Source: Escherichia coli (GTDB lineage Bacteria; Pseudomonadota; Gammaproteobacteria; Enterobacterales; Enterobacteriaceae). From it: DNA of 64,000 bases. The number at the start of each line of letters is the position of its first letter. Positions within the stretch are counted from its first letter, which is position 1. Below are positions 30,156-42,194 of this stretch, piece by piece. The position numbers and the translations under genes are program-made. A model generated the notes under the pieces. The model was not told the origin of the DNA and made no database searches. It saw nothing but the letters and a program-made list of their open reading frames with translations. The stretch lies in NCBI RefSeq assembly GCF_017348835.2, contig NZ_CP071375.1; one strand, 5' to 3'.

Positions 30156-30389
30156 TTATTCTCCGGTGTGCTGTTCTTTATATCTGTCGTGCAATAGATC
30201 TATTTCTTGCAGTTCCATTATTACATGCTCAAGAATCGTTATTAATGCCGTGGCAATTCTTGATTTTTGTTTGTCGCGTTCATTGTCGCCAAGTGTTTCA
30301 AGCCATATGCGCAATATTTCCAGCATGTTTTCACTGTGAGAAAGTGCAAGAAATGCGCGGTCTATTGTTTCGAGGTAAATATCACGCAT
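30156..30389 (-). CDS. Hypothetical protein (77 aa)
   Basis: ORF in the operon upstream of rep. Confidence 0.4.
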   Translation of the reverse strand: MRDIYLETIDRAFLALSHSENMLEILRIWLETLGDNERDKQKSRIATALITILEHVIMELQEIDLLHDRYKEQHTGE

Positions 30390-30390
30390 A

Positions 30391-30612
30391 TTAATCCCCG
30401 TCCGTTGTTTTTCTTAAAATAACTTCTGTCACGAAATCAGCATAGTTAGCGGCAATATCAAGAATATTTAGCCCTGTATCTCTGTGCTCATCAGTGCAAA
30501 GAAAGAAAAAAGCCACCCGCATAATTTCAGATATTGACGAAAGCGCATCAGCCGCATCATCAGGAACGCCGGAAAATTCTTGTTTCAGGGAATTAAAACG
30601 ATCATCACGCAT
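30391..30612 (-). CDS. Hypothetical protein (~73 aa; start uncertain)
   Basis: ORF in the operon; start chosen just downstream of the preceding stop. Confidence 0.3.
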   Translation of the reverse strand: MRDDRFNSLKQEFSGVPDDAADALSSISEIMRVAFFFLCTDEHRDTGLNILDIAANYADFVTEVILRKTTDGD

Positions 30613-30821
30613 AACCCCCCCCATTTTCATAATCTGCAACAAGAATATTTTTAGCGTCATTCAGCGACCGCGTGGCGGTGTATCGGATACATTCCAGGGC
30701 GAACAATGTGTATTCCTCCCGTTCTTCCTTTTGTGCAAGCTCTGCCGTGCATTCAATATCAATAAGCGCGTGCATCAGCGTAGTGAGTGCGGCTGCGTCC
30801 GGACGGATGTTATTGCACATG
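30605..30821 (-). CDS. Hypothetical protein (~72 aa)
   Basis: ORF in the operon; start at internal Met MCNNIRPD. Confidence 0.3.
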
Positions 30822-31043
30822 GTGTACCCCTCCGCATTTTTTTTCGTTAGAAATAAGCGTTCTTCTTTCCTGTTCATCGCTCAGGAATACGCAGACCTCA
30901 CCGCTAAGGCGTTTAAGTAAGCCGATGATTGCCCCTGATTCGCTGTCGGTCATCATGCCAGGGTAATCCTCTGCCAGTGCGCAAATAACTTCGATTTGGT
31001 GGGCGCGTTCTGCTGCCTGTTGTAGTGTGATTTCCTGGCTCAT
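30810..31043 (-). CDS. Hypothetical protein (~77 aa)
   Basis: ORF in the operon; start MSQEITLQQ, ATGA-coupled to the upstream gene. Confidence 0.35.
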   Translation of the reverse strand: MSQEITLQQAAERAHQIEVICALAEDYPGMMTDSESGAIIGLLKRLSGEVCVFLSDEQERRTLISNEKKCGGVHHVQ

Positions 31044-31234
31044 AAGCCTACCCCCTGGCGAATACGGGCGGCGAATACAGCAACACAACCTGACGGGCAA
31101 CGGTTACGCGCTTCGCGTTCCGTCCAGGCGGTTACGTGGATTATTTGAGATTCTCCGGCACTCAGTGCCAGAAAACGCCACACAAAGGCCGTTTGTGTGT
31201 GTACAAGGTGTGGTATATGATTTACAGCAACCAT
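31040..31234 (-). CDS. Hypothetical protein (~64 aa), first gene of the minus-strand early operon
   Basis: Start MVAVNHIPHLV; lies next to the divergent promoter region. Confidence 0.3.
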   Translation of the reverse strand: MVAVNHIPHLVHTQTAFVWRFLALSAGESQIIHVTAWTEREARNRCPSGCVAVFAARIRQGVGL

Positions 31235-31326
31235 AACGGCTCCTAGTTTACGTTGTTGGTTAGAAGCCCTGCGAGTGGTAACGACACTTGCGGGGCTTTG
31301 TCTTTTCATCGATTACCTTGATAAAG

Positions 31327-31408
31327 GTGTCAGCCACTATATTAGTAACGGGTGTCAGCCACGTCAATAGTGTTTTTCCGTTTTCTTGTGTGTATACTGT
31401 CAGCCACC
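31327..31408. promoter_or_regulatory. Divergent promoter/operator region with three direct repeats of GTGTCAGCCAC
   Basis: Repeats at 31327..31337, 31352..31362 and 31398..31407, the last next to the RBS of the plus-strand gene. Confidence 0.55.
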
Positions 31409-31428
31409 TAATAACGAGGAAATCAGAT

Positions 31429-31608
31429 ATGGCAACAAAAGCAGTTAATGCAAAATCCAAAAAGCTTGAGGCTCGAGTACCACACGCAATAGCTGATGCT
31501 GTAGAAAATTTAAAGGAAGATGGCGAAAGTACAGGGCAATTTATCGTTTCGGCACTTGAAGGCGAGATCAAACGCCGCCAGCGCCGCAAGGCCAAAGAAT
31601 CAGAATAA
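31429..31608 (+). CDS. Small basic protein (59 aa), divergently transcribed; candidate island regulator
   Basis: ORF MATKAVNAKSKKLEARVPHAIADAVENLKEDGESTGQFIVSALEGEIKRRQRRKAKESE with a GAGGA-like RBS. Confidence 0.45.
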   Translation: MATKAVNAKSKKLEARVPHAIADAVENLKEDGESTGQFIVSALEGEIKRRQRRKAKESE

Positions 31609-31650
31609 TCACTATCAGCGCCGTGGTGTGAGGTATTACGGCGCATTGCT

Positions 31651-31839
31651 ATGCAGGACAACACAATGACCGATAAAGAATTGACCAAAACATTATCACC
31701 GGCACGGAAAAGACGGCGCAGAAAGATAGAACATGAATCAGAAAGATTCGCGCCATGTGCTTTTGCCCTTGAGCAATTCCTTAAAGAGTACAGGGAAAAG
31801 CGCTCATTGCAGGTATGGCAACGAACTGAACCAGACTGA
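31651..31839 (+). CDS. Hypothetical small basic protein (start uncertain)
   Basis: Second plus-strand ORF before the plus-strand terminator. Confidence 0.3.
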   Translation: MQDNTMTDKELTKTLSPARKRRRRKIEHESERFAPCAFALEQFLKEYREKRSLQVWQRTEPD

Positions 31840-31934
31840 TTGCATTGCCCACCAGCCTGATAGCGGCTATCATCCCCGTGCTTATGTTTGGGATCACACA
31901 CACAAACGGCGCAGCGGGTTATCTGTTCAGAAAG

Positions 31935-31962
31935 GCGGCTCCATTTCGGGGCCGCTTTTTTT
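31935..31962 (+). terminator. Intrinsic terminator of the plus-strand small-gene transcript (GCGGCTCC ... GGGGCCGC followed by TTTTTTT)
   Basis: 8-bp stem with one G-U pair, followed by a U-run. Confidence 0.6.
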
Positions 31963-32108
31963 ATGCCTGAAAAACCCCAATTTTGTGGTTTTCCAGTCTC
32001 ACCAGGGCGAACGAATCCCCGCCCACGTTCTGGCGTATATTCAATCTTCATGGTTATAGCTCTGTGTTCAGATGATTGATGTGTGGCGGCTGTGTGCCGC
32101 CAGCGTGA

Positions 32109-32297
32109 TTAATGAACTGCCTTGCAGCTATCCTTCCAGGCCAGAACCTCGGATAAAGACCAGCCAACGGAACGACCGCCAAGTTTACGACGTGATGGGA
32201 ATTGTCCGGCCTTTTCCAGGCGGTAGCGGCATGAGCGGCTAAGGCCTGTTAGCTTTTCGCATTCTTTTTCACGTATAAACCGATCAGTGCTTAACAC
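32109..32297 (-). CDS. alpA: AlpA-family transcriptional regulator / excisionase-like protein
   Basis: 62 aa, MLSTDRFIREKECEKLTGLSRSCRYRLEKAGQFPSRRKLGGRSVGWSLSEVLAW, a typical AlpA HTH. Confidence 0.8.
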   Translation of the reverse strand: MLSTDRFIREKECEKLTGLSRSCRYRLEKAGQFPSRRKLGGRSVGWSLSEVLAWKDSCKAVH

Positions 32298-32456
32298 TAT
32301 TGCCCCCTTTCGTTTCTTAAAGAGTTATTTCGTGTTCTATTGCGTTGGGATGTGTCTGATTGTGTCAGGATGATTCAGAGTTGGCAAATGTTGAGGTCGT
32401 ATGGTTTACAGAAACAGGAATAATCAGGATAAAATCATTTAAATTCATGTTAATAC

Positions 32457-32490
32457 AAAGGCATAAAATATTGTTTCATGCCTTTTTTCT
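32457..32490 (+). terminator. Plus-strand hairpin with U-run (AAAGGCAT ... ATGCCTTT TTTTCTC) in the alpA-int intergenic region
   Basis: Read directly from the sequence; there is no annotated plus-strand gene upstream. Confidence 0.45.
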
Positions 32491-32671
32491 CGCCATTTAA
32501 AGAGTGATTCGCTAGTGTATAAAAAACCAGTAACACATTAAAAATCAGCCACTTATAAATCCGTACACTTTTTCGCCTCTTGTTCGTAGTTGTTCCGCAT
32601 TGTTGCTCATTGTTGCATGTTGTATCTGTTCGCATATCCAGTATGCGCATACTGAAAAAACACGAAAAAAA

Positions 32672-33901
32672 TTATTTTCTTCTGGCTACTGGTAGCGTGG
32701 TTACGTTTTCATGTGTTCCCGCCAGTATCCCTAACCGCTCCGTCCACATATCCAGCGCATTGCGTTTAGCATCCAGATAACGGGAATGATTATAAACTCG
32801 CTGCATTCCTGGCATCTGATGACCTGTAAGCTGCTCCACGACATGCGGATCAACGCCTAAATCGTTCAGCATGGTTGTAAAGGTGCGCCGGATGTCATGC
32901 AGTGACCAGTGAGGATGATTAAGCCTCCTGTGCGCTAATCTTCCATACTGCGATACGCTGGCCTCCTGTTTCGCTTCCCCCAGCAATAAGCCCGTGTGCC
33001 TGTTCTGCTCCACCAGCTGCGTGACGAACGGCAGGATCGCTTCCGGTATGGGCCGGAATATTGCGACCTTCGTTTTGCTGTGCTCCTTCGGAACGGTCCA
33101 TAGCATTTCCGTAAAATCCCACTCCCCGATCTCCGATAGCCTCAGTTCTACCGTCCTGGCTCCGAAGACAATCAGGAGGCGGATTAACGCGACGTAGTAA
33201 GGGGAAAATATTTTTTTGTCCAGTGCCTGCAATAATTCGCCAAGTTCTTTGTTACTTAAGACACGTTCGCTTATATCCGGTTTTTTCCCAACGTCCGCCA
33301 CGTTCAGATCGTCCAGAACGTTGCTGATTGCATAGCGCCGCCTACGGCAGAACTTAAGCGCCTGTTTGCACGCCTGTAGCACGAATCCGGCAGTAACAGG
33401 CGTTCGCTTTGCCACCTGGTCAAAACAGGCCAGCCAGTGCCGTAGCTCGCATTTATCCAGCGGCATAGCACCAATCTGCTGTATTACGTGATTATTAAGT
33501 CGCCTTTTCAGGGCGATATAATCCACGCGGTTTTCCTTTACGTAATACTCAAGCCAGTAGGTGAGCGCATCGCCAACCGTTACGGGCTTTAACGCTTCCT
33601 GTACGGTGTAATTCATCTCATGACGTGGATTTTTCCCCTCAGCCAGCCATGTGCGACACTGTGCGGCTTTTTCCCTGGCTGCTTTCAGGCTCAGATCAGG
33701 ATAACTTCCCAGCTTAATGCGTTCGGGTCGTGTCTCCCTTCCCGTTCCGGCCCTGTATGTGAAATACCAGGTCAATTTCCCTGATGTTAAATATTTCACG
33801 CTCAGGTTTCCGCCATCACTATAAAACGTGTTTTTCTCCGCTGGCTTACCATGAAGTTTCCTTAGCAAGGTATCGCTCAGTTTGTTCATTGCTCTGCTCA
33901 C
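32672..33901 (-). CDS. int: Tyrosine integrase, P4-like family
   Basis: 409 aa; N-terminal P4-type arm-binding region (GKLTWYFTYRAGTGRETRPERIKLGSYPDLSLKAAREKA) and a C-terminal catalytic domain (HDIRRTF...Y); adjacent to attR. Confidence 0.85.
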   Translation of the reverse strand: MSRAMNKLSDTLLRKLHGKPAEKNTFYSDGGNLSVKYLTSGKLTWYFTYRAGTGRETRPERIKLGSYPDLSLKAAREKAAQCRTWLAEGKNPRHEMNYTVQEALKPVTVGDALTYWLEYYVKENRVDYIALKRRLNNHVIQQIGAMPLDKCELRHWLACFDQVAKRTPVTAGFVLQACKQALKFCRRRRYAISNVLDDLNVADVGKKPDISERVLSNKELGELLQALDKKIFSPYYVALIRLLIVFGARTVELRLSEIGEWDFTEMLWTVPKEHSKTKVAIFRPIPEAILPFVTQLVEQNRHTGLLLGEAKQEASVSQYGRLAHRRLNHPHWSLHDIRRTFTTMLNDLGVDPHVVEQLTGHQMPGMQRVYNHSRYLDAKRNALDMWTERLGILAGTHENVTTLPVARRK

Positions 33902-33926
33902 GTTTTACCCCCTCTTTACGAAAAAG

Positions 33927-33949
33927 TGACTACACCAGTGACTACACCG
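33927..33949. repeat. Putative integrase arm-type site, right copy (TGACTACACCAGTGACTACACCG)
   Basis: Exact 23-bp direct repeat of 22668..22690. Confidence 0.55.
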
Positions 33950-34076
33950 ATCGTTGCACAAAGGGCTACAACGTGAAACAAGCTGGAACAAGGAAAATCA
34001 CAAATCTGTTGATAATCAAAAACATAATGCACAGCCTGAAACATTATGAAACAGCAAAAAACACTAAATGATAAAA

Positions 34077-34085
34077 TGCTGTTAT
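34077..34085. other. attR core, right copy of TGCTGTTAT
   Basis: Island-to-tqsA junction; tqsA sequence resumes in frame. Confidence 0.6.
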
Positions 34086-34983
34086 TCTTAACCCGCTGGT
34101 GCAACACATGGTCCGCTGGCGAGTGCCGCGTGTACTGGCGGTGTCGATTTTGATGACCATCATCGTGATGGCTATGGTGTTGCTGTTAGCTTATCTGGGT
34201 TCCGCGCTCAACGAGTTGACGCGGACGTTACCGCAATATCGCAACTCTATTATGACGCCGCTGCAAGCGCTTGAACCGTTGTTGCAACGCGTAGGGATTG
34301 ACGTCTCAGTTGACCAGCTGGCGCATTATATTGATCCGAACGCGGCGATGACGTTGCTCACCAACTTATTGACGCAGTTATCTAATGCCATGTCATCAAT
34401 ATTTTTATTGCTGCTGACGGTGCTGTTTATGCTGCTCGAAGTGCCACAATTGCCCGGAAAATTTCAGCAAATGATGGCGCGTCCGGTTGAAGGGATGGCG
34501 GCGATTCAGCGTGCGATTGACAGTGTGTCTCATTATCTGGTGCTGAAAACAGCCATCAGCATCATCACCGGCCTGGTCGCATGGGCGATGCTCGCCGCCC
34601 TCGATGTTCGCTTCGCTTTTGTCTGGGGATTGCTGGCCTTTGCGCTTAATTACATCCCTAATATTGGTTCAGTTCTCGCGGCAATCCCCCCTATCGCTCA
34701 GGTACTGGTATTTAATGGCTTCTACGAAGCGTTGCTGGTGCTGGCGGGATATCTGCTGATTAATCTGGTCTTCGGCAATATTCTGGAGCCGCGCATCATG
34801 GGGCGTGGGCTGGGTCTTTCCACATTGGTGGTATTTTTGTCGTTGATTTTTTGGGGATGGTTGTTAGGACCGGTGGGTATGCTGCTTTCCGTGCCGTTGA
34901 CAATTATTGTCAAAATTGCGCTTGAACAAACAGCGGGAGGTCAAAGCATCGCCGTTCTGTTAAGCGATCTCAATAAAGAGTGA
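34085..34983 (+). pseudogene. tqsA: 3' fragment of tqsA (AI-2E family transporter), about 299 codons, separated from its start and promoter
   Basis: Translation [24 protein letters not shown]... continues the 5' fragment at 22457..22591. Confidence 0.85.
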
Positions 34984-35004
34984 CGGCCTCCGCAGAGGCC
35001 GTCA
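34981..35004. terminator. Stem-loop (TGACGGCCTC ... GAGGCCGTCA) between the convergent genes tqsA and pntB
   Basis: 10-bp perfect inverted repeat. Confidence 0.5.
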
Positions 35005-35007
35005 GGG

Positions 35008-36399
<1,392 letters not shown>

Positions 36400-36406
36400 T
36401 TACCCC

Positions 36407-38002
<1,596 letters not shown>

Positions 38003-38462
38003 TCATGTACGAGCTAAATGTTACTCCGTTAAAATAAATTAGTAACAAACGCCCTATAACGTACTGAAAATTATGCCTGTGATCTAGCGCCAAAAATCAG
38101 TATTTCGGCGTGAACTCGCAAAATATTAACGATTCAGCCGTGATAGTGGGATAAACACCTTAGAACGCCGGATAAAGACTGATAATTGTCTTCGACGGTC
38201 GGGTAAAACGAGACATCGCCCCGGCACGAATCACTACTTAACATTAAATTAACTTATACAATTCAGTTGCTTCAGTAGTAATGATGCTGATACGGCTGTT
38301 TTTTAAGCATAGACGGTCATTTGAGCAGGATTAAAATTGGCTTAAGGAATGTGATATGAAAAATGACGCAGACAGTTACACCGTTTAAATGCAATAATCA
38401 GCCACGTTTCTCGTTAATAACAATACCAGTACCTGGTTTGCGCAAGGCGAAGGATTATTTTT

Positions 38463-39407
38463 ATGAAGCTTAAGAACACCCTCCTGGCGTCGGCACTGCT
38501 TTCTGCTACGGCATTCTCCGTTAACGCAGCAACAGAACTGACACCGGAGCAAGCGGCAGCGGTTAAACCTTTTGACCGTGTAGTGGTTACCGGTCGTTTT
38601 AATGCTATTGGCGAAGCGGTAAAAGCCGTTTCTCGTCGCGCAGATAAAGAAGGTGCCGCCTCTTTTTATGTTGTCGACACTTCTGATTTTGGTAACAGCG
38701 GTAACTGGCGTGTGGTCGCTGACCTCTATAAAGCCGATGCTGAAAAAGCAGAAGAAACAAGTAATCGCGTAATTAACGGTGTTGTCGAACTGCCGAAAGA
38801 TCAGGCTGTTCTGATTGAACCGTTTGACACGGTCACCGTCCAGGGCTTCTATCGTAGCCAGCCAGAAGTCAATGATGCCATCACCAAAGCGGCAAAAGCG
38901 AAAGGTGCCTACTCTTTCTACATTGTTCGTCAAATCGATGCCAACCAGGGCGGCAACCAGCGTATTACTGCATTCATCTATAAAAAAGATGCTAAGAAAC
39001 GTATCGTCCAGAGCCCGGATGTGATCCCGGCAGATTCCGAAGCAGGACGTGCAGCTCTGGCTGCCGGTGGCGAAGCCGCGAAGAAAGTTGAGATCCCGGG
39101 TGTTGCGACTACCGCATCACCAAGTTCTGAAGTCGGTCGCTTCTTTGAAACCCAGTCATCAAAAGGCGGGCGTTACACCGTCACGCTCCCGGATGGCACT
39201 AAAGTCGAAGAACTGAACAAAGCGACCGCAGCGATGATGGTCCCGTTCGACAGCATCAAATTCTCTGGCAACTACGGCAACATGACCGAAGTCTCCTATC
39301 AGGTTGCGAAACGTGCCGCGAAGAAAGGTGCTAAGTATTACCACATCACCCGCCAGTGGCAGGAACGTGGTAATAACCTGACCGTCAGCGCAGATCTGTA
39401 TAAATAA
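38463..39407 (+). CDS. ydgH: Periplasmic protein YdgH (triplicated DUF1471 domains)
   Basis: Signal peptide and three internal repeats. Confidence 0.85.
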   Translation: MKLKNTLLASALLSATAFSVNAATELTPEQAAAVKPFDRVVVTGRFNAIGEAVKAVSRRADKEGAASFYVVDTSDFGNSGNWRVVADLYKADAEKAEETSNRVINGVVELPKDQAVLIEPFDTVTVQGFYRSQPEVNDAITKAAKAKGAYSFYIVRQIDANQGGNQRITAFIYKKDAKKRIVQSPDVIPADSEAGRAALAAGGEAAKKVEIPGVATTASPSSEVGRFFETQSSKGGRYTVTLPDGTKVEELNKATAAMMVPFDSIKFSGNYGNMTEVSYQVAKRAAKKGAKYYHITRQWQERGNNLTVSADLYK

Positions 39408-39592
39408 CTATTCAGTTACTCCTATAAGGCGGCTTGATGCCGCCTTTCGCATTTTTAGTCACAAATTTCCCCGCGACCATTGCATGCAGACACATCTCTT
39501 CGTAAAATCCCGCGCTTCAGTGGCAAACTCCATTTTTATGCGTTTTGCCCTAATATTTATTCTTCTTATCACGTTTTAATCACTGGATATCG

Positions 39593-40975
39593 ATGGAAAA
39601 GAAACTGGGACTGAGCGCACTCACCGCGCTGGTATTAAGCTCAATGCTGGGCGCGGGTGTTTTCAGTCTGCCGCAAAATATGGCGGCAGTTGCCAGCCCG
39701 GCAGCACTGCTCATCGGCTGGGGTATTACTGGCGCTGGCATTTTATTGCTGGCCTTTGCCATGCTGATCCTCACGCGCATTCGTCCCGAACTTGACGGCG
39801 GTATCTTTACCTATGCCCGCGAAGGGTTTGGCGAGCTAATCGGCTTTTGTTCCGCATGGGGATACTGGCTGTGCGCGGTCATCGCCAACGTCTCCTATCT
39901 GGTGATCGTTTTTTCCGCGTTAAGCTTTTTTACGGACACGCCGGAATTGCGCCTGTTTGGCGATGGTAATACCTGGCAATCGATAGTCGGTGCATCGGCT
40001 TTATTGTGGATTGTTCACTTTTTGATCCTGCGCGGGGTGCAAACCGCTGCCAGCATTAACCTGGTGGCGACACTGGCAAAATTGTTGCCGCTGGGTCTGT
40101 TTGTTGTGCTGGCGATGATGATGTTCAAACTGGATACCTTCAAGCTCGACTTCACCGGACTTGCACTTGGCGTACCTGTTTGGGAACAGGTGAAAAACAC
40201 CATGCTGATCACCCTGTGGGTTTTCATTGGTGTGGAAGGTGCCGTGGTTGTTTCTGCGCGTGCGCGTAATAAACGTGATGTTGGCAAAGCGACACTGCTG
40301 GCGGTTCTCTCCGCTCTGGGCGTTTACTTGCTGGTAACGCTGCTTTCGCTGGGTGTGGTGGCACGTCCTGAACTGGCTGAAATTCGTAACCCGTCAATGG
40401 CCGGTCTGATGGTGGAAATGATGGGACCATGGGGCGAAATCATCATCGCTGCCGGTTTGATCGTTTCCGTTTGCGGCGCGTACTTAAGCTGGACCATCAT
40501 GGCGGCAGAAGTTCCGTTCCTGGCTGCCACTCATAAAGCATTCCCACGCATTTTTGCGCGCCAGAACGCACAAGCTGCGCCATCCGCCTCACTGTGGTTG
40601 ACCAACATCTGCGTGCAAATTTGTCTGGTACTCATCTGGCTGACCGGTTCCGATTACAACACGTTGCTGACCATCGCCTCAGAAATGATTCTGGTGCCCT
40701 ATTTCCTGGTCGGCGCGTTCTTGCTGAAAATCGCAACCCGTCCACTGCATAAAGCGGTAGGTGTCGGTGCCTGCATTTATGGCTTATGGTTATTGTACGC
40801 CTCTGGTCCAATGCACTTGCTGTTATCCGTTGTTCTGTATGCACCGGGGCTGCTGGTTTTCCTGTATGCGCGCAAAACGCATACACATGATAATGTACTG
40901 AACCGTCAGGAAATGGTGCTGATTGGCATGCTGTTAATTGCCTCAGTTCCGGCGACCTGGATGCTGGTGGGATAA
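39593..40975 (+). CDS. ydgI: Amino-acid antiporter (arginine:ornithine antiporter ArcD-like) YdgI
   Basis: 460-aa APC-family transporter. Confidence 0.85.
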   Translation: MEKKLGLSALTALVLSSMLGAGVFSLPQNMAAVASPAALLIGWGITGAGILLLAFAMLILTRIRPELDGGIFTYAREGFGELIGFCSAWGYWLCAVIANVSYLVIVFSALSFFTDTPELRLFGDGNTWQSIVGASALLWIVHFLILRGVQTAASINLVATLAKLLPLGLFVVLAMMMFKLDTFKLDFTGLALGVPVWEQVKNTMLITLWVFIGVEGAVVVSARARNKRDVGKATLLAVLSALGVYLLVTLLSLGVVARPELAEIRNPSMAGLMVEMMGPWGEIIIAAGLIVSVCGAYLSWTIMAAEVPFLAATHKAFPRIFARQNAQAAPSASLWLTNICVQICLVLIWLTGSDYNTLLTIASEMILVPYFLVGAFLLKIATRPLHKAVGVGACIYGLWLLYASGPMHLLLSVVLYAPGLLVFLYARKTHTHDNVLNRQEMVLIGMLLIASVPATWMLVG

Positions 40976-41011
40976 CGTTCATCCCATCGTTGGATAGCAA
41001 AGGAGATAACG

Positions 41012-41734
41012 ATGGGTAAAACCCAGCCCTTGCCAATATTAATTACTGGCGGAGGTCGTCGCATCGGCCTCGCCCTCGCATGGCATTTCATTAATCAAAA
41101 GCAACCGGTGATTGTCAGCTATCGGACACACTATCCAGCCATTGATGGACTGATTAATGCAGGTGCGCAGTGTATTCAGGCTGATTTTTCGACCAACGAC
41201 GGTGTGATGGCGTTTGCCGATGAAGTACTAAAAAGCACCCATGGTCTGCGTGCTATTTTGCATAACGCCAGTGCGTGGATGGCGGAAAAACCGGGTGCGC
41301 CACTGGCCGACGTACTGGCTTGCATGATGCAGATCCACGTTAATACCCCATACCTGCTCAACCATGCGCTGGAGAGATTACTGCGTGGGCACGGACACGC
41401 CGCCAGCGATATCATTCACTTTACCGATTATGTGGTGGAGCGCGGTAGCGACAAACATATTGCGTATGCTGCAAGCAAAGCGGCACTGGATAATATGACC
41501 CGCTCGTTTGCCCGCAAGCTGGCACCGGAAGTGAAAGTGAATTCTATTGCGCCATCGCTGATCCTGTTTAATGAACATGATGATGCCGAATATCGACAAC
41601 AGGCGCTGAATAAATCACTGATGAAAACCGCGCCTGGCGAGAAAGAAGTGATCGACCTGGTCGATTACTTACTTACCAGTTGCTTTGTCACCGGACGCAG
41701 TTTCCCACTTGATGGCGGTCGTCATCTGCGTTAA
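41012..41734 (+). CDS. folM: Dihydromonapterin/dihydrofolate reductase FolM (SDR family)
   Basis: 240-aa SDR with an N-terminal Rossmann motif TGGGRRIG. Confidence 0.85.
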   Translation: MGKTQPLPILITGGGRRIGLALAWHFINQKQPVIVSYRTHYPAIDGLINAGAQCIQADFSTNDGVMAFADEVLKSTHGLRAILHNASAWMAEKPGAPLADVLACMMQIHVNTPYLLNHALERLLRGHGHAASDIIHFTDYVVERGSDKHIAYAASKAALDNMTRSFARKLAPEVKVNSIAPSLILFNEHDDAEYRQQALNKSLMKTAPGEKEVIDLVDYLLTSCFVTGRSFPLDGGRHLR

Positions 41735-42066
41735 TGCAGCTTTATCCAGCATATAATCAACACCCATGCGCTTATCCCCCAACACGCAACAGAACCAACA
41801 AAAGCGGCGGGCAAGCGCATCATTCCGGTGAAATACCACAGCGACACCAGGTAAACAAAATAGGGAATAATCGACCACATACTAAAAATGATGGTTGCGC
41901 GTAAGGCTTCAATGCCGCGTTCGCTGGCAACAATATAATGCGCGATAAGCGCAAAGGTCGGGAAAAGTGGAATCAGCCCGGCGATATAATAATTTTTCGT
42001 TTTTGCTAAAACACCAATCAACAGCACTACCAGCGCACCGAGCGCTGCTTTGATTACCAGCCCCAT
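41731..42066 (-). CDS. ydgC: GlpM-family inner-membrane protein YdgC
   Basis: 111-aa hydrophobic ORF. Confidence 0.8.
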   Translation of the reverse strand: MGLVIKAALGALVVLLIGVLAKTKNYYIAGLIPLFPTFALIAHYIVASERGIEALRATIIFSMWSIIPYFVYLVSLWYFTGMMRLPAAFVGSVACWGISAWVLIICWIKLH

Positions 42067-42194
42067 CTTTTTACCTTAACACTTCCATAACAAGTCATCA
42101 GTAGAATACCTGATGAAAACTTGTTTAGAAACGATTGATAGTAAGTAAAAACAGCGCGGTGTATTGTGACGTTTTTATATCTACCGTGAATGTT

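Larger units (their letters stand above)
22585..34085 (-). mobile_element. Integrated ~11.5-kb phage-satellite-like element inserted in tqsA: int, alpA, small-ORF operon, rep with ori, ssb, perC-like, lambda-type E/D/Nu1 genes and cos sites
   Basis: tqsA is split; the 9-bp sequence TGCTGTTAT is present at both junctions (22585..22593 and 34077..34085); integrase lies next to the right junction; every gene is on the minus strand. Confidence 0.85.

Noticed and set aside
31260-32051. 263-aa minus-strand ORF spanning the divergent-gene region of the island
   Set aside because: It runs antisense across two plus-strand small genes and their terminator, has a Cys/Arg/Ser-rich low-complexity translation and no plausible start context; treated as a shadow ORF.
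33784-34071. 95-aa plus-strand ORF at the right island end
   Set aside because: It overlaps the integrase N-terminus antisense and the attR arm region; no independent support.
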